Origin: a bacterium | Lineage (GTDB): Bacteria > Patescibacteriota > Patescibacteriia > UBA2591 > MWDC01 | Length of the DNA: 64,000 bases | Direction of reading: 5' to 3' | Assembly (NCBI GenBank): GCA_021158435.1 | Contig: JAGGUQ010000005.1 | Location: 527-64,526, forward strand | Part shown: positions 21,542-30,332 of the stretch, piece by piece | Layout of the letters: every line of letters begins with the position of its first letter | How positions within the stretch are numbered: the stretch's first letter is position 1 | The notes under the pieces: generated by a model | The model's database searches: none | Seen by the model: only the letters and a program-made list of their open reading frames with translations | Told to the model about the DNA's origin: nothing | Translations under genes and position numbers: made by a program

Positions 21542-22555
21542 TTATTTTTTTACTTTTAAAAAAGCACCTCTTCTTTCTTTTTCTTTAAACCAGGTATTAA
21601 CAAGAATAAAAATAAGTGTTGTTACTGGCACAGAAAGAATCATTCCCCATAAACCAGCAACCTTACCCCCAACAAGAAGAACTAAAATTGTAACTAATGG
21701 CTTTAAGCCAACGGATTTCTTCATTACATAAGGAGCAATAAAAGTATTTTCTAACTGCTGAATTACTAAATAAAGAACTCCAACTAAAATTCCTTTTAAG
21801 AAGGAATCTGCAAATCCAACAATAAGAGCTGGGATTGCTCCTAACCAAGGTCCTATCCAAGGAATAATTTCTGTTAAAGCAGCAATTAACGCTAAAATTA
21901 AAGCAAACCTAACTCCCAAAATAGTCAAGCCAATATACGATAAAATTCCGATAGTTAAAGATAAAATTAACATCCCTCTACCCCAAGCGCCAATTTTTTC
22001 TTGACTGGCAGCTAAAAAATTTTCAACAAAATGATGATATTCTTTAGGGACAATTGAAAGCAACAAATTTCTTACTTCTCTTTTCTCTACAGAAATATAA
22101 AAAGCAAGAACAAAAATCATAAAAATACTAAAAATCTGACCTGTCAAAGTTGAGAAAAAACTATAAATACTCCCTGTTCTACCACTAAACCAATCTCCAA
22201 AAGGCAACCCTTGGGGAGATTTTTGGAAAAAATTAACTAAAGAACGAACAAAATCTGGCAAATTATACAAAAACAATCTGCTTTCACTCTTGATAATTGG
22301 AAGAGCAATTAGAATCAATCCAATAACAATAGAAAGTACTATTAAGTAAATAATTAAGCTCCCTAGCCAACGGGGAATTTTCTTTTTCTCAAACCAATCT
22401 ACAGCTGGAGACATAACTGTTGCCAAAAGCAAAGCAACAACAAACATTAAAATTATGTCTCTCAAAAAATAAACAATCAAAATACCTAAAACTAAAAGGG
22501 CTATTTTTAAAATAGAAAGAAAATCAATTTTAATTAATTTTGTTTCTTCTGCCAT
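21542..22555 (-). CDS. AI-2E (UPF0118) family membrane transporter
   Basis: P.VDWFEK..IPR, EIIPWIGP, QQLENTFIAPYVM..SVGLKP, GMILSVP. Confidence 0.9.
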   Translation of the reverse strand: MAEETKLIKIDFLSILKIALLVLGILIVYFLRDIILMFVVALLLATVMSPAVDWFEKKKIPRWLGSLIIYLIVLSIVIGLILIALPIIKSESRLFLYNLPDFVRSLVNFFQKSPQGLPFGDWFSGRTGSIYSFFSTLTGQIFSIFMIFVLAFYISVEKREVRNLLLSIVPKEYHHFVENFLAASQEKIGAWGRGMLILSLTIGILSYIGLTILGVRFALILALIAALTEIIPWIGPWLGAIPALIVGFADSFLKGILVGVLYLVIQQLENTFIAPYVMKKSVGLKPLVTILVLLVGGKVAGLWGMILSVPVTTLIFILVNTWFKEKERRGAFLKVKK

Positions 22556-22576
22556 AAGATTTTATTTAAAATTAAA

Positions 22577-23848
22577 CTAAAATATATTCTTAAAAACTTT
22601 CCCTTTAAAGGGTCCAATTAAAGACAGGGCTAAATTGTCTGGCCTAAATAATTCTTTAGCTACCTCTTGAATCTGTTCAGGGGTAACTTTTTTAATTTTT
22701 TCTATCTTCTCCAAAGGAGTTAAAATCTTTTTAGAAAACATCGCCTCTCTTGCAAAAAACGAAGCAAGAAAATCACTGTTCTCCATTTGTATCTTTGTTC
22801 TGCCTTCATAAAACGTTTTTGCTCTTTGTATTTCTTCTTTTGTTATCAATTCTTTTTTTACTCTAAAAAATTCCTCTAAAATAACCTTAACTGCTTCTTT
22901 GACCTTAGCTTTATCTACACCTGCCCAAACAGCAAAACTACCTGTATCCTCGTAAATATTTATATCCATTCTTACAAAATAAGCTAAACCTTTTTCTACC
23001 CTTACTTTCAAAAACAAACGAGAACTCATATATCCCCCCAAAATAACCGCAAGTAAAGATAAGGGATAATTTCTTTCATCATTATAAGGATAACTAATAC
23101 CCCCTAAAGCTATTTGCACTTGATCAACTTCTTTAACTACCTTTTTCATCTTAAAACAAGGACGTTTTTTTGTGAAACTAATAAATCCCTTTTCTTTTCT
23201 TGTTATCTTTTTCCTTGGGAAAAAATACTTTTTAATTAATTCTTCTGAATTAGGTTGAATGTTCCCTGCCAAAACAATTACAATTTTGTCTGGTTGATAA
23301 AAATTATTTTTAAATTCAAGTAATTTTTTTAAACTCAATTTTTTTATATCCCCTATTTCACCACTAATCATCTTCCCTAAGGAATGACTGCCATAAAGTG
23401 TTTGTTCAAAAACATCATCTATATAAAAAAGAGGATTTTCTTTATACATTTTTATTTCTTCAATAATTACATCCTTTTCCTTCAAAAAATCTTCTTTCCT
23501 ACACAAAGAATCAAAAAACATATCTGAAAGAATATCCAAAGCTTTTTCCTGGTTTTTTTTAATTGTTTTAATATGATAAGCTGTTCTATCTTTGGCTGTA
23601 TAAGCATTGTATTCTGCTCCTAAACAATCTAACTCTCTAGTCAAAGCTAATGTATCTGGACGTTTTTTCGTTCCTTTAAATAATAAATGTTCAATAAAAT
23701 GAGAAACCCCCCTTAAGTTATCTGATTCATAGCGAGACCCAACAGGAACTGCTACCAAAACTGTTAAACTAGGAACATTCTTACGGGGAACTAAAATTAA
23801 ACGTGGTCCATTAGGAATTTTCTTTTCTAAAAAAATTCTTTGATTCAT
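22577..23848 (-). CDS. M16 (pitrilysin) family zinc peptidase
   Basis: GSRYE..GVSHFIEHLLFKGT (HxxEH), NAYT, ILGGYMSSRLF. Confidence 0.95.
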   Translation of the reverse strand: MNQRIFLEKKIPNGPRLILVPRKNVPSLTVLVAVPVGSRYESDNLRGVSHFIEHLLFKGTKKRPDTLALTRELDCLGAEYNAYTAKDRTAYHIKTIKKNQEKALDILSDMFFDSLCRKEDFLKEKDVIIEEIKMYKENPLFYIDDVFEQTLYGSHSLGKMISGEIGDIKKLSLKKLLEFKNNFYQPDKIVIVLAGNIQPNSEELIKKYFFPRKKITRKEKGFISFTKKRPCFKMKKVVKEVDQVQIALGGISYPYNDERNYPLSLLAVILGGYMSSRLFLKVRVEKGLAYFVRMDINIYEDTGSFAVWAGVDKAKVKEAVKVILEEFFRVKKELITKEEIQRAKTFYEGRTKIQMENSDFLASFFAREAMFSKKILTPLEKIEKIKKVTPEQIQEVAKELFRPDNLALSLIGPFKGKVFKNIF

Positions 23849-23910
23849 AATAATGCTTGTTTTTTACATAATACCACACCCTTTAAAAAAGTCTATACTC
23901 CCTTTTAAAA

Positions 23911-23939
23911 TTGCTAAAATCCCTAAAAAATACTATAAT
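23911..23939 (+). promoter_or_regulatory. sigma70 promoter for tsaD
   Basis: TTGCTA (23911-16), 17 bp, TATAAT (23934-39). Confidence 0.7.
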
Positions 23940-23945
23940 TTAAAG

Positions 23946-23996
23946 GGATTCCGGAGAAAGAGATTCCGGAGTCTACCTCCGGGATGTCCAGGATGT
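23946..23996. repeat. GC-rich CTCCGGAG array, copy 2 (predicted tsaD 5' UTR)
   Basis: GATTCCGGAG-AAAGA-GATTCCGGAG-TCTAC-CTCCGGGATG-TCCAGGATG. Confidence 0.85.
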
Positions 23997-24039
23997 AGAG
24001 TGGTTCACATGTTTTTAATTTAATAAAACTCCTAAAAAT

Positions 24040-25071
24040 ATGCTTATCTTGGGAATTGAAACAAGTTGTGACGAAACCTCCTTAGCTTTAATTAAAACAA
24101 ACAAGGATAAAATCAAGACAATAAAACACATTACCTATTCCCAAATCAAAATCCACCAACCTTTTGGCGGAGTAGTTCCTGAATTAGCAGCTAGAGCCCA
24201 TCTTGAAAAAATTATTCCTTTAACACAAAAAATTATTAAAAGGAAAGACCTTAAAAAAATAAACTTAATTGCTGTAACCAAAGGTCCAGGATTAATGCCA
24301 TCCCTACTTGTTGGTGTAGAATTAGCTAAAACTCTCAGCTATCTTGAAAAAATCCCTATTTTAGGGATTAATCACTTAGAGGGCCATATATTTAGTATTA
24401 AAAATATCCAAAAAATTAAATATCCTGCCCTAAGTTTAATTGTTTCTGGCGGACACACTTTACTTGTTTTAATCCAAAAACCTTTTAGGTATACTCAAAT
24501 TGGCTCAACCCTTGATGATGCTGCTGGAGAATGCTTTGATAAAGCAGCACAATTTTTAAATCTTGGCTATCCAGGAGGTCCAATTATTTCAAAAATAGCT
24601 ACAAAATGGAGAAATGCACATAAAAATAAAAAGCCAAGCATTTACCTCCCTAGACCAATGCTTTCTAAAAATGATTTTAATTTCAGTTTTTCTGGTTTAA
24701 AAACTGCTCTAATTTATAAGCTAAGAAAAGAAAAATTTCCCTTAGAAGAAGTTTGTGCTGAAATAGAACAAGCAATTGTTGATGTTTTAGTTCAAAAAAC
24801 AATGAAAGCAGTTAGAAGCTATAATGTTAAATCCCTTTTATTAGTTGGTGGAGTAGCAGCTAATGAATTTCTTCGCGAATCTCTCAAAAAACAAGCAAAA
24901 AAATCAAAAGTTAATTTTTTTGTCCCTAGGAAAAAATTAGCTACTGATAATGCAGTAATGATTGCCCTGGCTGGATATGCCCGCTGGCAAACCTTAAGTC
25001 AAGAACAAAAACAAAAAGCAAAAAAGTATTCCCTAAAAATCCAGCCTGACCCTTCACTCAGTTTAAAATAA
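24040..25071 (+). CDS. tsaD: tRNA N6-adenosine threonylcarbamoyltransferase
   Basis: ILGIETSCDET, GGVVPELAARAH, NHLEGH, VSGGHT, DDAAGECFDK, FSFSGLKT, GGVAAN, TDNAVMI. Confidence 0.98.
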   Translation: MLILGIETSCDETSLALIKTNKDKIKTIKHITYSQIKIHQPFGGVVPELAARAHLEKIIPLTQKIIKRKDLKKINLIAVTKGPGLMPSLLVGVELAKTLSYLEKIPILGINHLEGHIFSIKNIQKIKYPALSLIVSGGHTLLVLIQKPFRYTQIGSTLDDAAGECFDKAAQFLNLGYPGGPIISKIATKWRNAHKNKKPSIYLPRPMLSKNDFNFSFSGLKTALIYKLRKEKFPLEEVCAEIEQAIVDVLVQKTMKAVRSYNVKSLLLVGGVAANEFLRESLKKQAKKSKVNFFVPRKKLATDNAVMIALAGYARWQTLSQEQKQKAKKYSLKIQPDPSLSLK

Positions 25072-25093
25072 ATAAATTCTATAACTATTACTA

Positions 25094-25146
25094 GGACTTT
25101 CCTGGAGACTTTCCCGGAGTCTACCTCCGGAGACTGCCTCCGGGAA
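25094..25146. repeat. GC-rich CTCCGGAG array, copy 3 (tsaD-tsaE spacer)
   Basis: GACTTTCCTGGA-GACTTTCCCGGAG-TCTAC-CTCCGGAG-ACTGC-CTCCGGGA; 25122-25145 is the exact reverse complement of 5408-5431. Confidence 0.9.
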
Positions 25147-25188
25147 TGGGATTTGCCTTAAATTTTAGAACTTAATTAAATAAATTCT

Positions 25189-25626
25189 ATGAATATTATT
25201 ACTAAAAGTCCTGAACAAACAAAAAAAATTGCTGAAAACTTTGCCAAAAAACTAAAAGGCGGAGAAATTATTGGACTTACTGGACCCTTAGGTAGTGGGA
25301 AAACTGTTTTTGTTCAAGGATTAGCTAAAGGACTAAAAATTAAAGAAAAAATTACTAGCCCTTCATTTGTTTTAATGAAATTCTATAAAACAAATAAAAA
25401 AGCTGTAAAACAGCTTATTCACTTAGATGCCTGGCGATTAAATTCTCCTCAAGATTTAGAACAATTAGGAATCACCGAACTTTTAACTGAAGACAATGTA
25501 ATTGTAATTGAATGGATAGAAAAAGTAGAAAAATTTTTCAAAAATAAATCTTTAATAATTATCAAATTTACCTTAGGTCAGCAGGAAAAAACTAGAAAAA
25601 TCAGTATAAAAAACAAAAAAGTATAA
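25189..25626 (+). CDS. tsaE: tRNA threonylcarbamoyladenosine biosynthesis ATPase
   Basis: GPLGSGKT, ITSPSF, HLDAWRL, VIEW. Confidence 0.96.
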   Translation: MNIITKSPEQTKKIAENFAKKLKGGEIIGLTGPLGSGKTVFVQGLAKGLKIKEKITSPSFVLMKFYKTNKKAVKQLIHLDAWRLNSPQDLEQLGITELLTEDNVIVIEWIEKVEKFFKNKSLIIIKFTLGQQEKTRKISIKNKKV

Positions 25627-25631
25627 AAACT

Positions 25632-26894
25632 TTAGAGGAAAAATTCTTCTATTTCCATTAATCTATTATATTTGGCTACCCTTTCACCTCTATTCGGTGC
25701 TCCTGCCTTTATAAAAGGAGCATTACTAGCCACTGCTAAATCTGAAATAAAAGTGTCATTAGTTTCTCCTGAGCGATGAGAAATAACAAACTTCCAATTA
25801 GCAGAACGAGCAGTATTTATACAATCAACTGTTTCAGAAAGTGTCCCTGCTTGGTTTGGCTTGATTAAAATAGCATTTGCTGATTTCAATTCAATAGCTT
25901 TTTTTAAACGCTCAACATTAGTTGTTAAAAGGTCATCACCAACAATAAGGACATTTGGGTCTAAAACTTGGACTTGAGCAGTAAGCTTTGCCCAGTAATC
26001 CCAATCATCTTCATCAAAAGGATCCTCAATAATAAGAAGGGGATATTTTTTTATATAATTCTTGTAAAGGTTCAACATCCACTCTGATTTTCTTTTCTTA
26101 CCTTCAAAATTATAGATTTTCTTTTCAGAAGAATAAAAATGGCTAGCTGCCACATCAAAACCAAAAAAGACTTCTTCTCCCAAGGAATGTTTTGTGTAAT
26201 TAGCTATTTGACTAAAAATATCCAAAACCCTTTTTGTTGAACCAAGTTTTGGAGCAAAACCCCCCTCATCACCACAAGCAAAACTATAACCTGTTTTAGA
26301 TAAAACATCTCTTAAAGCATAAAATACCTCAGCGCCAACTCTAACTTTTTCTTTAAAGGAAAGATCTGCTTTAGGAATAATCATAAATTCCTGGATACTC
26401 AAACCAGAATCTGAATGCTTACCTCCATTAATTACATTAAAAAGAGGGGTTGGCAAAGAATAATCCTGAATTTCTGGCCAAAAAGTATTTCTTAAATACT
26501 CAAACAATGGCACTCTTAAAGACAAAGAAGCAGCTCGGGCAATTCCTAAAGAAACAGCTAAAATACTGTTTGCTCCTAAATTGCTTTTTTGAGGGGTCCC
26601 ATCTAACTGACAAAGCAAATCATCTATCTGACGCTGAGCAGTCACTTCTTTACCCCTTAAAGCTGGAGCTATTTTTTCTTTTATATTACTAACTGCTTTT
26701 TTTACTCCCTTTCCTAAAAAACGGTTAGGATCATTGTCCCTTAATTCTCGAGCTTCATATTTTCCAATACTTGCTCCTGCTGGAGCTGAACCAGTTGCCC
26801 AAATACCTGTTTCTAAAATTATAATTGCTTCAACAGTAGGATTGCCCCGTGAATCTAATATTTCCCGGGCTAAAATATCCTTTATTTTTGCCAT
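25632..26894 (-). CDS. eno: Enolase
   Basis: AREILDSRGNPTVE, NVINGGKH, GDEGGFAP, VGDDL, ILIKPNQ, SHRSGET, RVAKYN. Confidence 0.98.
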   Translation of the reverse strand: MAKIKDILAREILDSRGNPTVEAIIILETGIWATGSAPAGASIGKYEARELRDNDPNRFLGKGVKKAVSNIKEKIAPALRGKEVTAQRQIDDLLCQLDGTPQKSNLGANSILAVSLGIARAASLSLRVPLFEYLRNTFWPEIQDYSLPTPLFNVINGGKHSDSGLSIQEFMIIPKADLSFKEKVRVGAEVFYALRDVLSKTGYSFACGDEGGFAPKLGSTKRVLDIFSQIANYTKHSLGEEVFFGFDVAASHFYSSEKKIYNFEGKKRKSEWMLNLYKNYIKKYPLLIIEDPFDEDDWDYWAKLTAQVQVLDPNVLIVGDDLLTTNVERLKKAIELKSANAILIKPNQAGTLSETVDCINTARSANWKFVISHRSGETNDTFISDLAVASNAPFIKAGAPNRGERVAKYNRLMEIEEFFL

Positions 26895-26910
26895 AAAAAA
26901 TTAATTAAAA

Positions 26911-27180
26911 TTATTCTTCCCCCTCTTCTACTTTATATACTTTATCACCTTCTTTTACTGGTTCATCCACTTTTAAGCCTATTGCTTCTCCTTTTTTTGC
27001 CTCATCAATGCTTTCATGCTCTATTTGCATTGAAGTAACTTTTTGAGTAAAATCTCTTGCTCCCTTACCGCCAACAATATGTATTGTCTCCCCTTTTCTA
27101 AGATTATCGCTCAATTCTACAACAGCCACATTAATTTTACTAAAATAATGAGTGATTTTACCTATTTCTTTCTCTGGCAT
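26911..27180 (-). CDS. Small translation-factor beta-barrel-like protein
   Basis: IGKITHYFSKINVAVV..DFTQKVTSMQIEH..GLKV..V.EGDKVY pattern (EF-Tu domain II / U32 C-terminal-like). Confidence 0.7.
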   Translation of the reverse strand: MPEKEIGKITHYFSKINVAVVELSDNLRKGETIHIVGGKGARDFTQKVTSMQIEHESIDEAKKGEAIGLKVDEPVKEGDKVYKVEEGEE

Positions 27181-27288
27181 ATTATTCTCTTAAAAAACAC
27201 TTAATATAATAAACCTATTTTAACCTTTAAGTACAAGTTCTTTTATTATAAAAAACTGAAGAAAAATGTAAACCTACAAAAATAATCT

Positions 27289-28731
27289 CTATTCTCCTTT
27301 TATAACTGCTAATGGCTTTAATTTAGCTACTTTCTTGGACAAACCAGCTTTATCCACAATCTCAACAACTTCATCAATATCTTTATAAGCCAAAGGAGCT
27401 TCTTCAGCTATGCCTTTTAAAGAATAACATCTTACTATTATTCCCTGTTTCTTTAACTTTTCAACAACCTCTCTCCCATTAATTTGCCGAAGGGCTGATT
27501 TTCTGGACATCCTCCTCCCTGCCCCATGACAAGTGGAAAAAAATGTCTCCTCAGCTGTTGACACTCCTTTTAAGATATAGGAATAAGAACCCATTGAACC
27601 AGGGATTAAAACAGGTTGACCAACTTCTCTATATTTCTCTGGAATATCTAAGGACCCTGGAGGGAAAGCACGGGTTGCCCCTTTCCGGTGAACTAAAAGT
27701 TTCACTTTTTTCCCATCAATTAAATGCTCTTCCAATTTAGCAATATTATGAGCAACATCATAAAGAAGTCTTAGCTCTCCGAAATTCCCAATAACCTTTT
27801 CCCAAGATTTTCTTACATAATGGGTGATCATTTGACGGTTAGCCCAAGCATAATTGCACGCAGCTGACATAGCTTTGAAGAATCTTTGCCCTTCTTCAGA
27901 TTTAAAAGGCACGCAAGCTAACTCTTTATCTGGCAATTTTATCTTGTATTTTTGGTAAGCTCTAACGGTTACTCCTAAGTAATCTGTACAATTCTGATGA
28001 CCCAAACCTCTTGATCCAGTGTGAATCATTATAGTTATTCTATCTTTGCTTAAACCAAAAACTCGAGCAGCCTGTTCATCATAAATTTCTTCAACTTTTT
28101 GAATTTCGCAAAAGTGGTTGCCAGAGCCAAGCGTACCTACCTGATCTCTACCCCTTTGTTTTGCTCTTTCAGAAACACATGAAGCAGACGCCTGTTCCAT
28201 TCTCCCTTGATGTTCACAATTTGCTATATCTTCCTCAAAACCATACCCCTGAGAAACTAAATAATAAGCTCCTCCTTGTAAAATCTTGTCAATTTGCTGA
28301 ATGCTTAACTTAACACTCCTTCCCCTTCCTAAACCAGAAGGTATTTGTTCTTGAATTTCTTTAGAAAGTTTTTCTAAATAAGGCCTTATTTCTTTTTCTG
28401 TCTTTTCTGAAATTAAAAGGCGGCAACCACAATTTTCATCATAACCAACAAAACCCGGTGAAATAACTCCCTGATTAACTTCTATTGCTCCAACTCCTCC
28501 AATTGGAGGGCCATATCCTGAATGAATATCCGGCATTGCTAAAGCATACTTTTGAATACCCAATAATGTTGTTGTGTTAACCAATTGCTCCAGCGATTCA
28601 TCCCTTAATATGTCATCTAACATCTTTTCAGAAGCATAAAAGCGGGCAGGGACCCTCATATCATTACGAAATGATTTGGGGATCTCATAAACAAATGGTT
28701 TGATTTTCTTAATATGTTTCCTTTCTATCAT
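27289..28731 (-). CDS. rtcB: RNA-splicing ligase RtcB
   Basis: MPDIHSGYG, VGYDENCG, GTLGSGNHF, HTGSRG, HNIAK, HRKGATR, PGSMG, HGAGR, EEAPLAYK. Confidence 0.96.
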   Translation of the reverse strand: MIERKHIKKIKPFVYEIPKSFRNDMRVPARFYASEKMLDDILRDESLEQLVNTTTLLGIQKYALAMPDIHSGYGPPIGGVGAIEVNQGVISPGFVGYDENCGCRLLISEKTEKEIRPYLEKLSKEIQEQIPSGLGRGRSVKLSIQQIDKILQGGAYYLVSQGYGFEEDIANCEHQGRMEQASASCVSERAKQRGRDQVGTLGSGNHFCEIQKVEEIYDEQAARVFGLSKDRITIMIHTGSRGLGHQNCTDYLGVTVRAYQKYKIKLPDKELACVPFKSEEGQRFFKAMSAACNYAWANRQMITHYVRKSWEKVIGNFGELRLLYDVAHNIAKLEEHLIDGKKVKLLVHRKGATRAFPPGSLDIPEKYREVGQPVLIPGSMGSYSYILKGVSTAEETFFSTCHGAGRRMSRKSALRQINGREVVEKLKKQGIIVRCYSLKGIAEEAPLAYKDIDEVVEIVDKAGLSKKVAKLKPLAVIKGE

Positions 28732-29129
28732 ATGTCAAACAAAACTTCAGCTTTCCATAAATCTCCTTGTTTCTCTATTTTTAGATCATGCCAGGTCGCT
28801 CCTTTTATTTCTAAGCCAAAACCTTTGACTTTATAGCCCTTTAAAACACAAACTAACTGGTTTTCTTTTAAAACCTCAAATTGTGATTCACAATAAACCT
28901 CGTTATACAAATCGGACAAAGACAAAATTTCATTTAAGAAATCAATCAACAAGAAATCTATGCTTTCTGCTTTTTTTTCAATTTTTCTTTCAACTTTTTC
29001 TTGTTCAACTATTTTAGGACGGGAACTGTCAGCAATTGCCTTTACAAAACCGGAAAACAACTCTTTTAAATCCTTGCCTGATGCTTGAATTTTTAAATCA
29101 GCTAAGTGTTCTAAAACTTCATAACTCAT
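28728..29129 (-). CDS. Archease (RtcB activator)
   Basis: YEVLEHLADLKI, DFLNEIL, IKGATWHDL, C-terminal FDI; 4-nt overlap with rtcB. Confidence 0.92.
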   Translation of the reverse strand: MSYEVLEHLADLKIQASGKDLKELFSGFVKAIADSSRPKIVEQEKVERKIEKKAESIDFLLIDFLNEILSLSDLYNEVYCESQFEVLKENQLVCVLKGYKVKGFGLEIKGATWHDLKIEKQGDLWKAEVLFDI

Positions 29130-29653
29130 ACTTGATTCATATTTATTTCTAACTGATTATACTCTTTGTAATCAGGCAATTCCTCTACACTTTTTATCCC
29201 TAAATGCCTAAGAAATTTCGGACTAACAATATAACGAGGTGGTTCTCCTTTTTTTAAAATTAAATCCCTTCGTAAAAGATGCCCTAAAATAATTTGAGAA
29301 TTAACACCTCTAATAAAAGAAATCTCTTCTTCTGTTATTGGTCCTTTATAAGCAATAATAGTTAAAGCTTCTAAAGCAGCAGGAGTAAGCTCTTCTTTAA
29401 TAACACCTGACAAAAACCTTTTTATAATTGGGAAATTCTTTGGATCAGTTCCTAATTCTATATATTCTCCGCTTCTTATTAAGCGAATTCCTGAATCTCT
29501 TTCGTCCAAATCTTTGGCTAACTCATCTATTTTTTTTAGCACTTTCTCTTTAGAGACTTCCAGAATACGAGCTATTTTCCCTACTGATAAAGGCTTTAAA
29601 GAAACAAAAAGTAAGCTTTCTATTTTATTCTTTAAATTATTTTTTTCTGACAT
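29126..29653 (-). CDS. scpB: Segregation and condensation protein B (likely start ATG 29653)
   Basis: IESLLFVS..PLS, LTPAALEALTIIAYKGP, IRGVNS, FLRHLGI..LP. Confidence 0.93.
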   Translation of the reverse strand: MSEKNNLKNKIESLLFVSLKPLSVGKIARILEVSKEKVLKKIDELAKDLDERDSGIRLIRSGEYIELGTDPKNFPIIKRFLSGVIKEELTPAALEALTIIAYKGPITEEEISFIRGVNSQIILGHLLRRDLILKKGEPPRYIVSPKFLRHLGIKSVEELPDYKEYNQLEINMNQV

Positions 29654-30329
29654 AAATAGGAGCAAATAATTTCTTTTGTTCAACAGAAACAATTTGACGC
29701 TTATTTAATTCTAAAACAGCTAAAAATAGAACAATAGCTTCATCTTTTGGCTTTTTTTCAAAGAAGTTATTTAAAATCAACAAAGAATTTTTTGTCAAAG
29801 CATTTAGAATTTCTTTTATTTTCTTTTCTAAAGATATTACCCTTACCTTTAAACGAAAAGCTCTTTTTTCTTGATTAGCCTTAAAAACAAAAAACAATCT
29901 TTCTATTTCCTCTTTTAACTTCGAGGAAGATATATCTAAAGGAAAATCTATTTCTGTAAAAAGTTTTTCAGAAAAACCTGTTCTTCTCAAAGAATAAGTA
30001 TTTGTTTTGTTTAAGCTAAGAATATGCTCTCTTGCTTGCCGATAAGCCTGATAAATCTGAAGTTGTTTAACTAAATCAGCCCCTTCTTCATCTTCTGATT
30101 GAATAAATTCTGGCAACAAAATTCTAGATTTTAAATAAAGTAATTTAGCAGCAATAACTAAAAAATCAGCTAATTCCTCAAGAGGAATGCTCTGGTTCTG
30201 AATATAAGATAAGAATTCACTAGTAACCTTAGCCAAAGAAACTTCACTAATATCTAATTCCTGTTTTTCAATTAATTGGCTAAGCAAATCTAATGGTCCT
30301 TCAAATTTTTCTATCTTTATTTTATACAT
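29637..30329 (-). CDS. scpA: Segregation and condensation protein A
   Basis: FEGPLDLL..LI, FLVIAAKLLYLKSRILLP, FLAVLEL. Confidence 0.93.
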   Translation of the reverse strand: MYKIKIEKFEGPLDLLSQLIEKQELDISEVSLAKVTSEFLSYIQNQSIPLEELADFLVIAAKLLYLKSRILLPEFIQSEDEEGADLVKQLQIYQAYRQAREHILSLNKTNTYSLRRTGFSEKLFTEIDFPLDISSSKLKEEIERLFFVFKANQEKRAFRLKVRVISLEKKIKEILNALTKNSLLILNNFFEKKPKDEAIVLFLAVLELNKRQIVSVEQKKLFAPIYVRKK

Positions 30330-30332
30330 AAA

